Source of the DNA: Raillietiella orientalis | Taxonomy: Eukaryota | DNA length: 64,000 nucleotides | NCBI GenBank assembly: GCA_036172245.1 | Contig: JAYWIR010000020.1 | Span: 2,418,001 to 2,482,000, forward strand | Reading direction: 5' to 3' | Part shown: positions 1-12,879 of the stretch, piece after piece | Numbering within the stretch: the first letter of the stretch is position 1 | Layout of the letters: the number at the start of each line of letters is the position of its first letter | Notes under the pieces: generated by a model | The model's database searches: none | Seen by the model: only the letters and a program-made list of their open reading frames with translations | What the model was told of the DNA's origin: nothing | Program-made: the position numbers and the translations under genes

Positions 1-2299
1 CAAGGAAGAAAGTCTTTCAGATGAACATTCAGAAACAGTACAGCATTCTTCAGCGACGATAGATTCGTAGAATTTCAGGAAATAAAGTTCAACTACTAAT
101 TGAGAAATACTCGAGTATGGCTCCATGCCCGCAGCATGATCTTCTCTCTAAGAGTACCTGCTCCCCCTCCTCCAAGGGGGTTGCCAGCTGTTCGGTCACC
201 CTGAGTGGCATTCTTCATTTCAAAGTGTGCTTTTCATGGAGGATGTAAAATTATATCACAAAAAAGTGCGAAAGGTAGAAAAATGTACAAAAAAAAAAGA
301 AAAACAGAAAAATCGTAAACATACGCATATGTCAGAAGCGCTCTAAAGAGCAATATCTAAGGAAGGAAGAAGTCGCGAGTATCATTAGCGTCATAAAGAA
401 ATCAGTGAATCAGCAGCTGAACCTGCTGATATCTTCGAGTGACGGATGCCGTTAATCACATTTCATATGATTACATCATTAAGTGGAAAGAGGAAAAAAA
501 CTGCAAATGCTTCCCAAAGTGGAGTTTTTTAGAAAGCAATCTCAGGAAGTCAGATAATTCTTTCTCATCGCGAGTGAAAATGCAGGATAAAATCAAGGAA
601 CACAGCAGAGAGGTCAGGTGACCAGTAAACATAGCGAAGCTGCTTATTAGCCCCTTCCTGCCTTGGTTACCCAAAATCAAAGCCATATCGACTTTGGAAC
701 CCTTCAGAATCCACGTACTCAAAGATCAACCATATGAAACAGGCAGGGAGTCTTCGATTGAAATTCCAGCAGCGGCCGTGCTCACTACTAAGAATAGAAC
801 CACTAAGAATAGAGGACTGAGGGAGGTTCTCAGTCAGAAGGATTTTTACAGAGGAAATTCCTCGAGTTTAGAGCGAACAAAAAAGATTTTCTTATTTGGC
901 TATGAATTATGGTTAGGAACGTCAATAGAATGGAAAGAGTGTTTCCCTACGTGTTGCCGAAAAAAGGTCACAACTAATTTGCTTGTATCCCATCTTCTCA
1001 TCTGGAAACTTCCATGACGTCCGATCTTAATAATAGATGGTGAAATGTGTAGAAAAATTCGTCTTCGGGATTGTCAGAATCAAAATTACATCTATTTTCC
1101 ACAAACGGCTTCCTTTTCTTTTCAGCATTGCGAAAGAATCTTTTATATTTCTAAATTTCAAGTGCTCATAAGTCCCACGAGTGAGATTTGCAAGGAATTC
1201 GTTCCACCAGCCAGTTTGAAAAAAGAAAAAAAGGTCAGAAGTTGAATACTGTTTAGAAAGGTATCTCAGGTTATAGAGATGGCAGATTTAAAAAAGGACA
1301 GGTAATATTTACTTTACAGAGTACGAGACGGATCTCCAAACTACTTTGGGCTAAGCAACGTTCCAACGCACGCCATAGGGCATGGATTTCGTCCCATCAG
1401 ACTTCCATCTGTTCGGTCCAGAGGAGAATGCCATTCCTGGAGCAAAGTTCAGAGGCGGTGAAGAGTGCTTGAGGATATGTTTCTGATGGAGAAGAGAGGA
1501 CATTCATCAATAAGCCCTCGTTTTCAGGTCATGCAACGTCATAAAAACACTTGGAGGCTACATGGAAAATTTTTTTTTTTTTTTTCCTGTCGATTTTTGT
1601 GCATCCCGGCAATGCACTTCAGCTCTGCGAAGATTTTCGGTAGGAAAAGTACTTATCCTATTGAATAATGGTCGTATTGCTTCACTTCCATTCCATATTG
1701 AACTTGACATCTTTTCTTCGAATGATCCTGAATCAGCCAGCAAGGAAGGTCACTGTTTGTTTGTATGGCTCGACATGCCTTCTAGTTTTGCCTTCCTAAC
1801 AGCCCTGTTCTTTCTTCTCGCTCTTTGGGGGGTTCATCTCACTCCAAGAAAGCGCACATTCCCGGTAATGCTCATAATGTGATCTCAAATTTGAGAAATA
1901 GCGGTGGTCCCGAAAATGATCTATTCGAAGGGAGGGATAGACATTTACGATCTGCTAACTCTTTTTTTTTTTTTTAATGCACATTGCTTCTGTTTATTCT
2001 GAAAAAATCATCTCCTTTTCAATCATCCATGCTTTTTTTCCTTTTCATGAATTCTTCCTGGGCTTTACTGAAAGTGCTTCGAAGTTGAAGAAGAACTAAG
2101 TGGATATGCCACTGAAATGCGATCGTTGCAGTATAGGCATTTCTCGTGCTGCAAATATCAGAACCTTTCCAGTTATCTTCGCTGCGTGACTCCAGGATGC
2201 ACAAGATGAGTGTTATCATGCGATTCCAAATTTCAGAGATGTCGAGGCTTCCTTGAACTGACGTCTGAATTTCCAAAGCATCCAAACTAACATCCAGCG

Positions 2300-2900
2300 G
2301 TTCCTCAAGTCGCCGAAAGGATTCTGCCATGGTTTCGAGGATGCATCCGACACAGATTCCACATTAGATCATTTGGAAGGTCCCATACTTTGAAAATGAG
2401 TGTGGATCGAAAACTCCGGTTCCTTAAAATCAGTCGCCATTCTGTGCATCTGAGACAAAGAGGACATGACGCAAGCTGAAAGAATGCGTCGAGGAAAACT
2501 CTTTGATATTTACCACTAAGCATAGGAACATTCCGGAGACAAATCTCGAATACGATGAGTCAGTTTGCGACTACCTATTCCGTCTTGAATACACGTCCAC
2601 AAGCCGTTTCTGCAATACTTTCCAGGCTGCAAGTTTCCTTTCTGATCTCAGTACCATGTGATTTGAATCCGTGGGTCGCTAGCTAGCATGTTACTTCTTT
2701 TCCCAATGGAAGATGAATGAAATTGAAGCCATCACTGTTCCAACGTTGAACCTGAAAAATGTTGATAATCGCTTATAATTCTGAATCCCCTCTTATTTAT
2801 CTTTCAACGAATTCCCAGCCTTGTCCTGTTTCAGAATAATGCAAGATTGTCTTCGTGAACGATGTAATCAGCTTATTGAATTCCTGCTTGGCCAATTCAT
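2300..2900 (-). pseudogene. Possible decayed coding sequence with an FN3-like segment
   Basis: A minus frame reads YELAKQEFNKLITSFTKTILHY... and later W...THRIRDLSPECSY, with GPSK*S further on. This is FN3-like, with several stops. Confidence 0.2.
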
Positions 2901-4319
2901 ATCTACAAGTTGAGATTTTGCATGTCCTTCAACTTCACCTCAGCATCATTTGAACGACGAACCCTTTTTCACTTTCAATAAGGAATGCTTGTATTCTACA
3001 CAAGGGTTTTCCATCACTCATTAGTGATTTTCGAGACTGTGAAAGCTGGAAACGCTGTGAAAACAAGGAAGCAAACAGAAATCTGTGCACAGAAATTCGG
3101 ATGAGAAAAAAAAAAAAGAAAAAAATGCTGATGAAGGCAGCGAGAAATCTTCAAGGGCGATGAATCAAAACATTTACCTTTCTGGAACACATCAGAATGC
3201 TTTCACACGGACTTCTTCTTGGTCCACCGTTTCGTGTGTATCGGAAATTCCAGGAAAATCTCTTTCTGGACATCATAGATCCAGGCGCAACCACGAAGGC
3301 ACGTGTGTGCCAAGTCAAGAGACCTGGACCGAAAGCTCCCATTTCCCGAAGCGGCCAGCAAAAACCAATCTGCAAGTGATTCAGTCGATGACTCCTAAAC
3401 AAACGACGCTGACTCACAACGAAAGCTCCCATTTCTACAAAGCAGCAAGAGGACCCGAATCAGGACCAAATCTTCCAAAGGAAACAGGAAACTTTCCAAG
3501 GAAGGCGCCAGAGTGAGGACAGCAAAAAAAATCTTCCAAAGTGAAAGTCCGAAATCGAATGCGTGAATGAATGTTCCAACTCTAATGACAACTCAGGTCA
3601 ATGATATCGATGATTTCCACCCTTCAATTCTGAATCACTTTTTATCAGTTTCCTCGATTTTCCTTCCTTCTTATTTTCAGTTGCAATCAGAAAATGCAAG
3701 TAGAAAAAAACTCGACTACGTCAAACTGATTCTGCTGTACAAAACTGCTGTACAAATTGTGAAAATTGCCAAGGAAAAATTAGCGAAAAATTCCAGCTCC
3801 AACGGATCACGTCTCGAATGCGAGAATAACGTCTCAGTCACTTGTTTAAAGCGTCTGCATATGTTTCAGAAATTCTCACGTAAGTACTGCCACAGGGTGT
3901 CCCATTGAGTAGCCGCCTTGGTGTGGGGATCCCTTTCTCTTCCTGCAGGACGAGCACTTGCAGAGCTCGTAGAACAAGGTGCCTAATCCATCCACGCTGA
4001 CGCACTCAAAACCCAGGATCTTGGGAGCTACGCTGTCTCTATTCATGTGGGTTAGCTCTCTTTAATGGGTCAAGCTTCGTGCCAATGGGTAAATCCATCC
4101 CCACCCCACCCGTCAATCTCGCCATTGGAAATACGAATTTTAGCGGAGTTTTCTAGCACGTTTGTCCTCGATTACAGGCGAGTGAGGGCAGAAATTTCCA
4201 TTGCTTTTCCGACATTCAGTGGTCAGGATAATAAAATGCGTACAATTCCTTCATTTAACGGAACGAAAAGGTTTCTTGTTTCTTTTACCTTGCGAAGATA
4301 ACTTTGTTTTTTGGGGCAT

Positions 4320-4366
4320 GCTTTTCCGACCCATGCGCCAAAATAGGCGCAGGGTATCGGAAAAGC
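4320..4366. repeat. Bulged hairpin, ~19 bp of stem
   Basis: GCTTTTCCGA-CCC-a-TGCGCC-aaaata-GGCGCA-GGG-ta-TCGGAAAAGC. Confidence 0.75.
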
Positions 4367-6549
4367 TGGGAATCTGATGTCCAGGAAGGCTACAATGTAT
4401 CATAGCTCAGCCACTTGCAGTGCTTTCAGATCTGCAGTCACTTCGGAAGCTGCACCTCTATGGAAGTAGGAGTGTGTTAAATCCAACCATAATTCACCGT
4501 CTGCGAGAACGCATTCATGAGACAGTGATCTAAAGATCAAACATCACACGGAGCAGACTTTACTGCCTCAATGTTTGTTCATTAAAAGTTGAATGACAAT
4601 CAACGTCAGCTTTCCCACTGACAAGTGACTTTGCCCTTTCGAAGGTGAGGGATAGTCACTTTGCGCTGTATTTGATTTCTTATGCATGTCGAACGTGTGT
4701 CTCCAGACAACGCCACTGAAAAAAGGCACGGTTTCTGTTTTCCCAAGAGCGTCTTGTGCTAGTTCTCATCATTTCATCTCCGATGAGCAGATTTGAAGAT
4801 CCGTGCCTTTTTTCTCGTTTTGCAATCAGGCTCAAAAGACCTGTGCCTTGATGGATACCCGTGCAAGGTTTGAGGAAACAGAAAAATTGTACAACTCTTG
4901 TACAATGCTTGCTCCGGAAAGTCCTTGAGAGTAATGGACACTTTCGACGTCTTGGATATCTTCATCTTCACGAGAAGAGCAGATTACAATTCTCTCGAAA
5001 CACTAGCTCTATCTCTCATGATGGATTCTGCCGTGAGCTCTGCTCAACGCGTCGCATAGGCACTGCTGTTTCTGCTCATTTTCCTCCAGCTCAAATATCA
5101 GAATACTGACATTGGAGTGCGTGGGAGTACCAAGTACCGTGAGCCCTTTCGGATACGTGAGAGGCGAAAGCCGAGGAAACCAAAAGGTCAAGACGTCTGC
5201 AAGCCACTCTCGAAACGGTCCGGAGAACAGCTGGAGCAGAAATTCGGATCTTTTAATACGACTGGGATGTGGTCGAGCTGCTCAGAACATTGAATCGCTG
5301 AAAGCAGATTTCACCTCTCTTCAAGTTTGGCGGATTGCAGACTATGAGTCACTCTGAAGGAGGAGGAATCCGGCAATTTCTTAATCAAGAAGCAGAGAGG
5401 ACGGCGGTCAGCATTTCTCTCCATGTGTGCCAATTACAAGTCTGAATCATCTAACCATACTCGTTAACAAGGATGGGTGATTTTGGTCCTCCATCTATGA
5501 AAACGAGAGAAATGGGCAATGAAAATTGAAAACAGGTCAGCACTTTGCAGCTTCTCGAGTCCTCTCGGATAGGATTTTTTTTTGCTCATCCCATTAAATG
5601 GAGGCTGCGGATAGAACGCCAAATCACAACATTATGTTCCTAAAGTGAAGTAAAGAAGCTCCCGTTTAGAAATCTCTGGAAATCCCTGAAATTCTCCTCA
5701 TCTGAAAGATATACATCATCTTGAGTGGGGAAAAAAAGGAAAAGAAAAAACTGCAGAGTTACGCAGACGCGCCCACGCACTCATTTCCGCCAGCGCTGCA
5801 CAAAACGGAGACTCCTGAAGGTCGACCAAGCATCATTAATGGATGGCTGAAAATCTCATGCTACTCTTTCAGTATGCTCAGAACCAGTCATGTCCTGCGT
5901 GTTCCGTTCGATACATTCTTCAGATAGCAAATCGGTTTCAAGGAACAGGGAAAGGATCAGGGGAAGAGAGGAACGAAATGCATAAGGACATTCCAGAGGA
6001 TGAGGGATTGGTTTCGATCGTATTCAATGCACGAGCAGAGTGCGCGGATCGCTTCTTCACTTCAGGCTCGCAAACTCTTAAGAGTCCCTCTCGAGAGGTT
6101 TGGCATTCAGTTTCCTGTCTCGAGGAACATCTCGAGCTGCACGACTGTTTTAAGACTCTTTCCATGCAGGCACGAAGAACCGTTTCCCGAAAATTCCAGA
6201 AGTGGGAACTTTTAATCCAGGTCTCCTGACACAGCATACAGGTGCCTTGGCTGTTACAGGTACTGTGACTGTGTCTAGGACGTCGAGAGAGCGATTTTCG
6301 TGAGAACACACTAACAGCGGCAGTTGTGCAGATGCTCATCATCCGACGAGAAAATTAACTATGAAACCTGAAATCGCAGCTCCGACTCTTGGAAGCTGCT
6401 TGATGTTCAGCAACGACCACCAACAGTGTTCGAAGATGCTGGGAAGAGATCCGTACTATGGATTGTCTGGGGATGATCAAGGAGCAGGTAACCAGCTGAC
6501 GTGATCTCATTGTTTTATAATGCCAGGGTGCATGCTTTCCCGAACCGTG

Positions 6550-8500
6550 CGACCTTAAAGAGCTTCCGCCAAATGGAACCTACGTCTGGCCACGCGCTGA
6601 CCACCGTGAAGATGAGCCTATGAACGTTGGTGGGTGCCTTAGGCCGGTAGGCTGTTCCGGGAATTCAGCAGGGCACTCCTTGTTGCGCAGAGGTGAGCAG
6701 AAGCGGAGTGGATTCTCCCTCGGCATGGGAACTTTCCGTCGGCGGTCCAGTAGGCGAAAGCCTTCGGACGAGGTGGGGCACATTCTCTGATGACCTCCAG
6801 CGAAATCGAAGGAAATGCTTTTTGCTCCGCTGGGAAACGGAGAGCCAGGAAAACAGGAAGGAATATGGTTCACCATTGAGGTGACTCCTGCTGACCTCCT
6901 CTCGCGAGGGACGGATGGTATACTTCGACGGCAAATTATCCGTTTTCCAGCCCTCAGGGGACAGGACCTCTCTAGTCGGGCCTGGGACCTGAGCTAGCGG
7001 ATCAGGTCCAGCTAGCTCCCCTGGAAATCTGATCACCCTGAGAGTGGCAAGTTGGATCCATCCGCAAAAATGAATGCCGTGCGAGAATCTCTCGATTCTC
7101 ATTGTCTCCCCAGAGTCTTGGAGCTCCGCGTGTTGATTGCCACTTTCTCTCAGAGTTTTTTTTTTTTTTTTGGCTCCCGACTGTTGTAAAAGAATAAACT
7201 GCGTCTCCTGCGTAAATCTTGGAGATGCCACTCTCAAGGTTTCTTTTTGCTTCCAGCATAAGACATTGCTGTCAGCTAGGAAGACCAAACTTTCAAATGA
7301 CTTTGGCAGTTCTCAGGAAAGTGCCACCGGGGTCAAAACAGCAATGCAGCGTATCTTGGAAGATCACATCTTCTCCTCCATAGGACCTGGTGTGATTTTT
7401 ATTTTTATTTTTTTCGCGTTCGGGCAGGAGCTGATGACCTTGAAGGCGGATAAACTTGGCGCAGCAGCCTCTATAGCGATTCGCATCCAGGAAAAGATCC
7501 AGCGGCCTCTCTCCAGAACGAAAAAATGGAGCACATTCGAAGAATAGATTTCTGAGGCATCCTCCAGGGGATTCCGGACAGCAACGCGGTTGTCCATTCT
7601 CGTCAGAGTCTTTGTGAGTGAGTTTTGGTCCGGATAAACCTCTTCCTTTCCGCTCGGTCCGAGAAACGCCTTAGGAGCCCGCGTTGGAGAACGTGCGGCT
7701 GCAGTCTCCGTCCCATCCTCCGTAGCCTTCATAGGGTGGGTAGCCCTAACTTGAAGAGTTAACACTCACCCCGGAGTGGTGGGAAAGAGTATTGAAGAGC
7801 TTTATGAGCCGTCAGGAGAACGGCTTTTGAGTACTTATCAAACTCTCCTCCCCCCAAAAGAATGTCTTCGGATATCCTGAAACTCAGTTGCTTCTGGAGC
7901 ACGCACTCAAACTCTCGAAGATGCGAAGAGGTTTTCATACTTCTTGGTCTTTCTGTGAACATGGGATGCAGGCACCTCGTTTAAGCAGGAGAACGACTGA
8001 GGAACGCGTCTGGTAATTTGTCCTGAAGAGGCTAACTCCCTGCGTATTCACGCCTCTTTGGCTTCGGAAAATCTGAGAGGAGACGCTCTTTAGTAGCAGT
8101 AGCGGCAGCTTGCACTTGAAGGCTCTGTCGGTTCCCTCTTTCTCTCTGTTGTGATGCCCTGGACCAAACCAGGCTCTTCCTGGAAAGCAGCTGCTCCTTT
8201 TGAGATCTGAAACAGCTGAACTCTCTTGAGATCCCTTCATTGCTTCCTCTCCTGGACGGCCGGCCGGCAGTGGGAATCTCGCTTTTTTCCCTTGAGGACC
8301 GGCTGGGATGAGGCAGCGCACGGGACCTTTTGCTGCCTTCCCAGCCGTCGGAGTGTCCGAAAGTTTTAGCAGGTTGACCTGAAAGAGGGGATGAGGAAGA
8401 TGGTTTCTGGACTCGGAGTATCTTCCCTTGGCTTCTCTGAAGGGCCGTCGGTCGCAACTGCAGCACCCCTTCCCCCTCCGTTACTCTGAAGCGTTCACGA
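6550..8500 (-). mobile_element. Degenerate L1/Tx1-like LINE fragment (APE endonuclease region and adjacent sequence)
   Basis: Minus-strand translations include ILLGGGEFD (GDFN-like), TRMDNR (SRIDR-like) and RGRWIFS (G.G.W..N linker-like), with many stops and frameshifts; GC-rich. Boundaries are approximate. Confidence 0.5.
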
Positions 8501-8579
8501 GAAATAAGAAAAGTCGAAAAGAGAAGTTCCCAGTCTTTGCAGGAAAGGTGATCTCATTCAGCTGCCGATCTTCCTGGAA

Positions 8580-10087
8580 ACAGCATGACGATCCGGTGCA
8601 GGAACCCTTTTCCTTCCTTTTCCCTGCGGTGCGGAGGAAATGCTGAGAAGATAGGAGGAATGAGCCGAAGTTCCCTCGTGGGAAGCGGTACCTCAGTCTT
8701 CATCCGAGAATTCGGGCTCTCCGAGGTGGACACGCGCGTGCCCTTGCTGAAACCCGCCGAAGAGCTCCGGGCTGCTGGTTGCCTGAGGAGGAGGCCTTTC
8801 CGGAAATGAACCCATCTCACCTGCCTTGTGGGGGCTCCTTCTTTTGGTTCCTTGGAACGAGGTGGCTCTATTTCCTACCACATTCTTCAATCCTCACCCG
8901 CTGATTTTTCTTCTTCAAGGCCAGTGGAGACCGCGCGAGGAGATCGTTGCTATGGGGATGATTATCACCCAGTTATGCCGGGGCATTCATTACGTAAGGT
9001 GATGAAAATACATCGGTGTGGGCGAACCGTTGGTTCGAACGCGCGCTGTGAACCTGCCGCAGAGCGGCACGCAGGCCGTCGAGGTCCTCCTCGGTAGCTT
9101 CTGGGAAAAAAAAAAAAAAAAAAAAAAACACTCAAGAAACAGGGAAGAGATAAGTTTTACACGAGAGAAGGGGTAAGGCAACCGCAGCACGCTGCCCGAC
9201 CTCCTCTGCTTCCCACTCAGGATGCTGGCAAGTTCCGTCTCGCTTGCGTCGGAGGCCACGTGGTCACGGTTTCCGCGCGTGGCACACCAGGCGTCAGTAC
9301 TTGCCCGTCTCCTTCCGATCATCACGGATGCTTCTCCTCCCGAAGGGAGCAGACCTACAGAATCTCAGCAGCTGGCATCCGATCGCCATGTTGAAGCGAT
9401 TAGGACGGACGCCAAGTTGCTGGCGAAACTGGTCGGAGCGATTAGGACGGGTGGCTAGAGTCTGACTCCCTTGCGACAGCCGCCGCTCTCACTAGAGCTG
9501 GGTGGCTGTGGACCCCAACTATTTCAGTTGCGAGGAGAGGAAATCCCGGCTTCCGCATCTGCTTGTAGACTGTGCAGTCCTCCGGTCCGTATGGTGGCGT
9601 TACGCTGCGGCCATTGGCGCAATCCCAGAGACGCGATGAAGCGCCTCGTCGTGCGCGACTCCCTTTCGCCTGCCGCATCCCCAGCAGCTCTTTGCTGATG
9701 CCTCCGTGTGATTGTGGCGGCTTGGAGCTACGCGAGAGGAGGACGGCACGACAGGGGCGGCATCTGCTTCGTCCTGCGCTTCCTGTGGACGGCAGCCAGA
9801 CGACCCCACCTGGGGCATACTCAGATGGGACCTTCCAGAGCCCTGGAAAGGATGAAGAGGACGCCCTCCAACACCTAATGCTTTCTTCTCTAACCACCCC
9901 TATATATTTTTTTAATTTTTTTTTTTATTTTCGTTTGTTCCTCCCTTCCCCCCCGCTGACAAGGCGGACCTCGCCGGCCTGCATGCCGGTTACTCGGCAG
10001 GTTCCGAGCATTTTTGGACGATATAGGGCCGATGGCCTACAGATGTATGTTTATTTTTTATAATAAACGTCCCGGCGTGACCGGGTG
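8580..10087 (+). mobile_element. Degenerate, internally deleted L1/Tx1-like LINE ORF2 (endonuclease plus RT) with its 3' terminus
   Basis: DDYHPV (~8955-8975, SDH motif); LLLPKGADLQNLSSWHPIAML and DAKLLAKL (~9330-9430, RT domain 1: LIPK.....WRPISL...D.K.LAK); VVRDSLSP (~9650, RQG..LSP). A T-rich 3' UTR ends in AATAAACGTCCCGGCGTGACCGGGTG. Confidence 0.75.
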
Positions 10088-12600
10088 ATAAACTAAGCGT
10101 CGTGGGTTTGAATACTCGGAAAGAATTGACGCCAGAGAAATGGGATTGCGTCGTGGGTTCCGAGTTCCTCCCGCAAGATGACGCCAGTTGGCCCGCATTC
10201 ATTCGAATGCGGCACCGGTAGCGGTTCAAACCAGATGCCCCGATGAGGGCCGGGACAATAGAGAGTCGACCTTCGGGTCCTTCCAGGAATGAAGGTTTGG
10301 GAGTACCCCTCCGGTTGTGCAAAGGAGCGGATCCTGCATTCCGGGGGAGCCTCCGTCTCGAACCATGGAGCTGGTGGATTGATGGTGCCTCTCCAGAGTC
10401 TCAAGGAGTGCGCTGCTCCCTTTGTGGAGCGCCCTTCTGAGAAACTTGGGAAGCGTCCCTTCGGTTTCTCTTCAGAGGAAGAGGCAAGAAGGAGCAGTTC
10501 TCTTGTGGGCTCCCTCCGGAGTTGTCACCTGGTCACGCCGGGACGTTTATTGATGACAATAAACTTACATCTTTCATGTTACGAGGCCCTATTACGGCCA
10601 ACTCAACAAGGGATCTGTAGGTTCGCCGGTACGCAGACCAGCAGTATCACCTCGGCAGCGGAAGGGTGAGAGGAGAGAAAAAAAAAAGAATAAATAGAAA
10701 TAAATAAAATCACTTGGGAGGTGCGGGAAGAAATCACCTCCCTCTGGAGGGAGTCTGTATCCATTCCAGGATGCCAGCAAGGTCCGTCCGGATAATTCCC
10801 AGGTGAGGCCATCTTGCCGTTATCTGCAGGAAGCGAACTGTGAACTTGGTAGTGATCCTTTCGTTTCTCTCTCTTCTGTCGACTTCGCTCCATGCCACCA
10901 CAATCCTGTGGATGCAGCAAAGTACTGCTAGATGGCTACAGGGCGTCCCACACGGAGAGGAGCCGTAAAAGTCCCTGGGGAGGCTGCCAGCCAGGGTACA
11001 GAGGGTCGTTCCAAAACTTACCTATAGAGGACGAAGGGCAACACAGTCCATAAGCAGGTGCGAGAGGGATTCCCGTTCCCTGCGCCTGCGACAGTCAGGG
11101 CTTGCCCTCCCCAGCGTCCAATGGTGTCGGCGCGCCTTGCAGGGGAAGCCCCAGCGCAACAACAGAAGGGTCAACTCCTGCTACTCAGGGGCAGGGTGCT
11201 CGTGCCTTCACTACTGAGGGGTCACTCCGGGTCTTCTGATGGAATGCTGAGCAGCTCTCTCCAGCGCTGTATTCCTCGTGGAGGACACTCGGGGTCACTA
11301 GTCCGCCAGCTGTGCTGTGGTCCAACCACTCATCAGCTTCTTCCTGACTGCAATCTCGCAGGAGACTTCCCACCGCGGCCTTTGGCTGCTGCCTAGGGAA
11401 CTCCTCAAGAAGGGCAGCGTTGCAGCGAGGGGGATCGTCTCCGCCCACGTGCTCCCGCCGGGAGACCCCAGGATCTTCCGGAGGGAGTAGCGGGCGTGGT
11501 TGCTTAGTCGCTGGAATCTCTCGGTTCCCTTCTCGTGGATCTTTGCCCACGAGCCAAATGTTCCTTCTAGCCATGCGCTAGAGTTGGCAAGGCAACAGAC
11601 CATCCAGTGGTTCTCCTCCAGGGTGATCATGAGACCCAGGAAAAGATTGCATCTTCTCATCTTGGGGCGCGAGCACGAGAGGAAAGACGTGAGTCCTTCC
11701 GTCCCGGCCTCACGGCTGGCGAGGAGACATGCCGAAGAGCACCAAATGGTGCTCCCACAGCTTTGCTGCGATGGCCAAGGGTCACCATCGCCGCGCTGAT
11801 TTTCCATCTGCTCCATGCAAGTACTGCTGTGGGGACGGCCACGACGCGCGAAAGGTTCCGTCCAGAGAAGAAATCCCTACTAGTGGATTTTTTCCAGGTT
11901 CCCTTCGGCCTTCGGAGTTTCATCCGGAGAGGGCAAAGAAGAAAGGATTCCCTTTGGGCATCCCTCCCCGGTGTGAGAGAAACGAACTCCCTTCTCCGGA
12001 TCCCTTCTTGGATTCATAAGGGTGGTCCCTTCCCGGGGTCACTCCTCGTCTTGACGAATCGGGGTTACCTCGAGGCGGTTTTCAGGTGCCTAATGGATGA
12101 CGCCCCTGCCGTTTCGCGGCCTCTTCTGGGTCTGAGATGATGGGAACACTTGGAGTTCCTCTGCTCCCTGCTTTCCTTCCAGCTTCCTTCCGGTTTGCCA
12201 AGCCCTGGAGAACCTTTTACTCCCTGGGGGCATCGGGCAGTCTTGACAATGCCGCCGCGCGAGCGCTTAAAGGCTCTTAAGCAGTGCCTCGAGGGCTCGA
12301 GCCAGTCAGTCAGGAGGAAACCCCGAAGGGGCCACCCTCATAATCCGAAAATGCCTGAGGCCCCAGGGATGGGGTCCTGTTCCTCTCTGCTCTACTCTTG
12401 GGAATGGAACCCCGAAGGGATGCTTCCCTGTTCCCCTGAAGAACCTACCCGAGGTTTCGCGTGTGCCAGTGTCACAAGCGAAACCTCCGAGCCAACTAGC
12501 ACCCTAGGAAGGAACTCGAAACACTCACGACGCGCCGCGCTCTCGGTGTCGTTCTGTTCACCCCCACTCCTCCCCTCTTTCTGAAGGATTCGAACCCACG
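10088..12600 (-). mobile_element. Stacked minus-strand fragments of the same LINE family: endonuclease start ~12100-11900, RT C-terminal region and 3' UTR ~11850-10527, second endonuclease start ~10480-10088
   Basis: 10527-10720 is a diverged inverted copy of 9890-10087. 11920-12050 aligns by eye with 62150-62260 and, inverted, with 35270-35380 (IQE motif). 10447-10479 matches 61347-61379 at 31/33 nt. Confidence 0.7.
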
Positions 12601-12879
12601 TCGTCCGGTGCAGTTCGCGGAAGCTGCCGTCAAGCGCAAGGTGGATCGTTTGTGGATTCCAAGGTTGTCAAGAGTGTGAGCCTCCTGATCGCTTCGGAAT
12701 CCTCAGGAGCTGATGATAAGTAAGAAAGGAATCGCCTCACGACTCCCTCTCCCCTCTCGAGAAAAGAAAATCATTGGTTATCTCCGCTCTCCATTGTTTT
12801 CTGTCTTTTTCTTAGAGTCCTCCACCTCCCTTCGTGACTGGTTCCACTTAGAGGGTCAGATGAGGTCATGTAGGGATCC

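Noticed and set aside
3893..3905. CAGGGTGTCCCA, a Tc1/mariner-like TIR start
   Set aside because: I found no matching opposite TIR or TA duplication.
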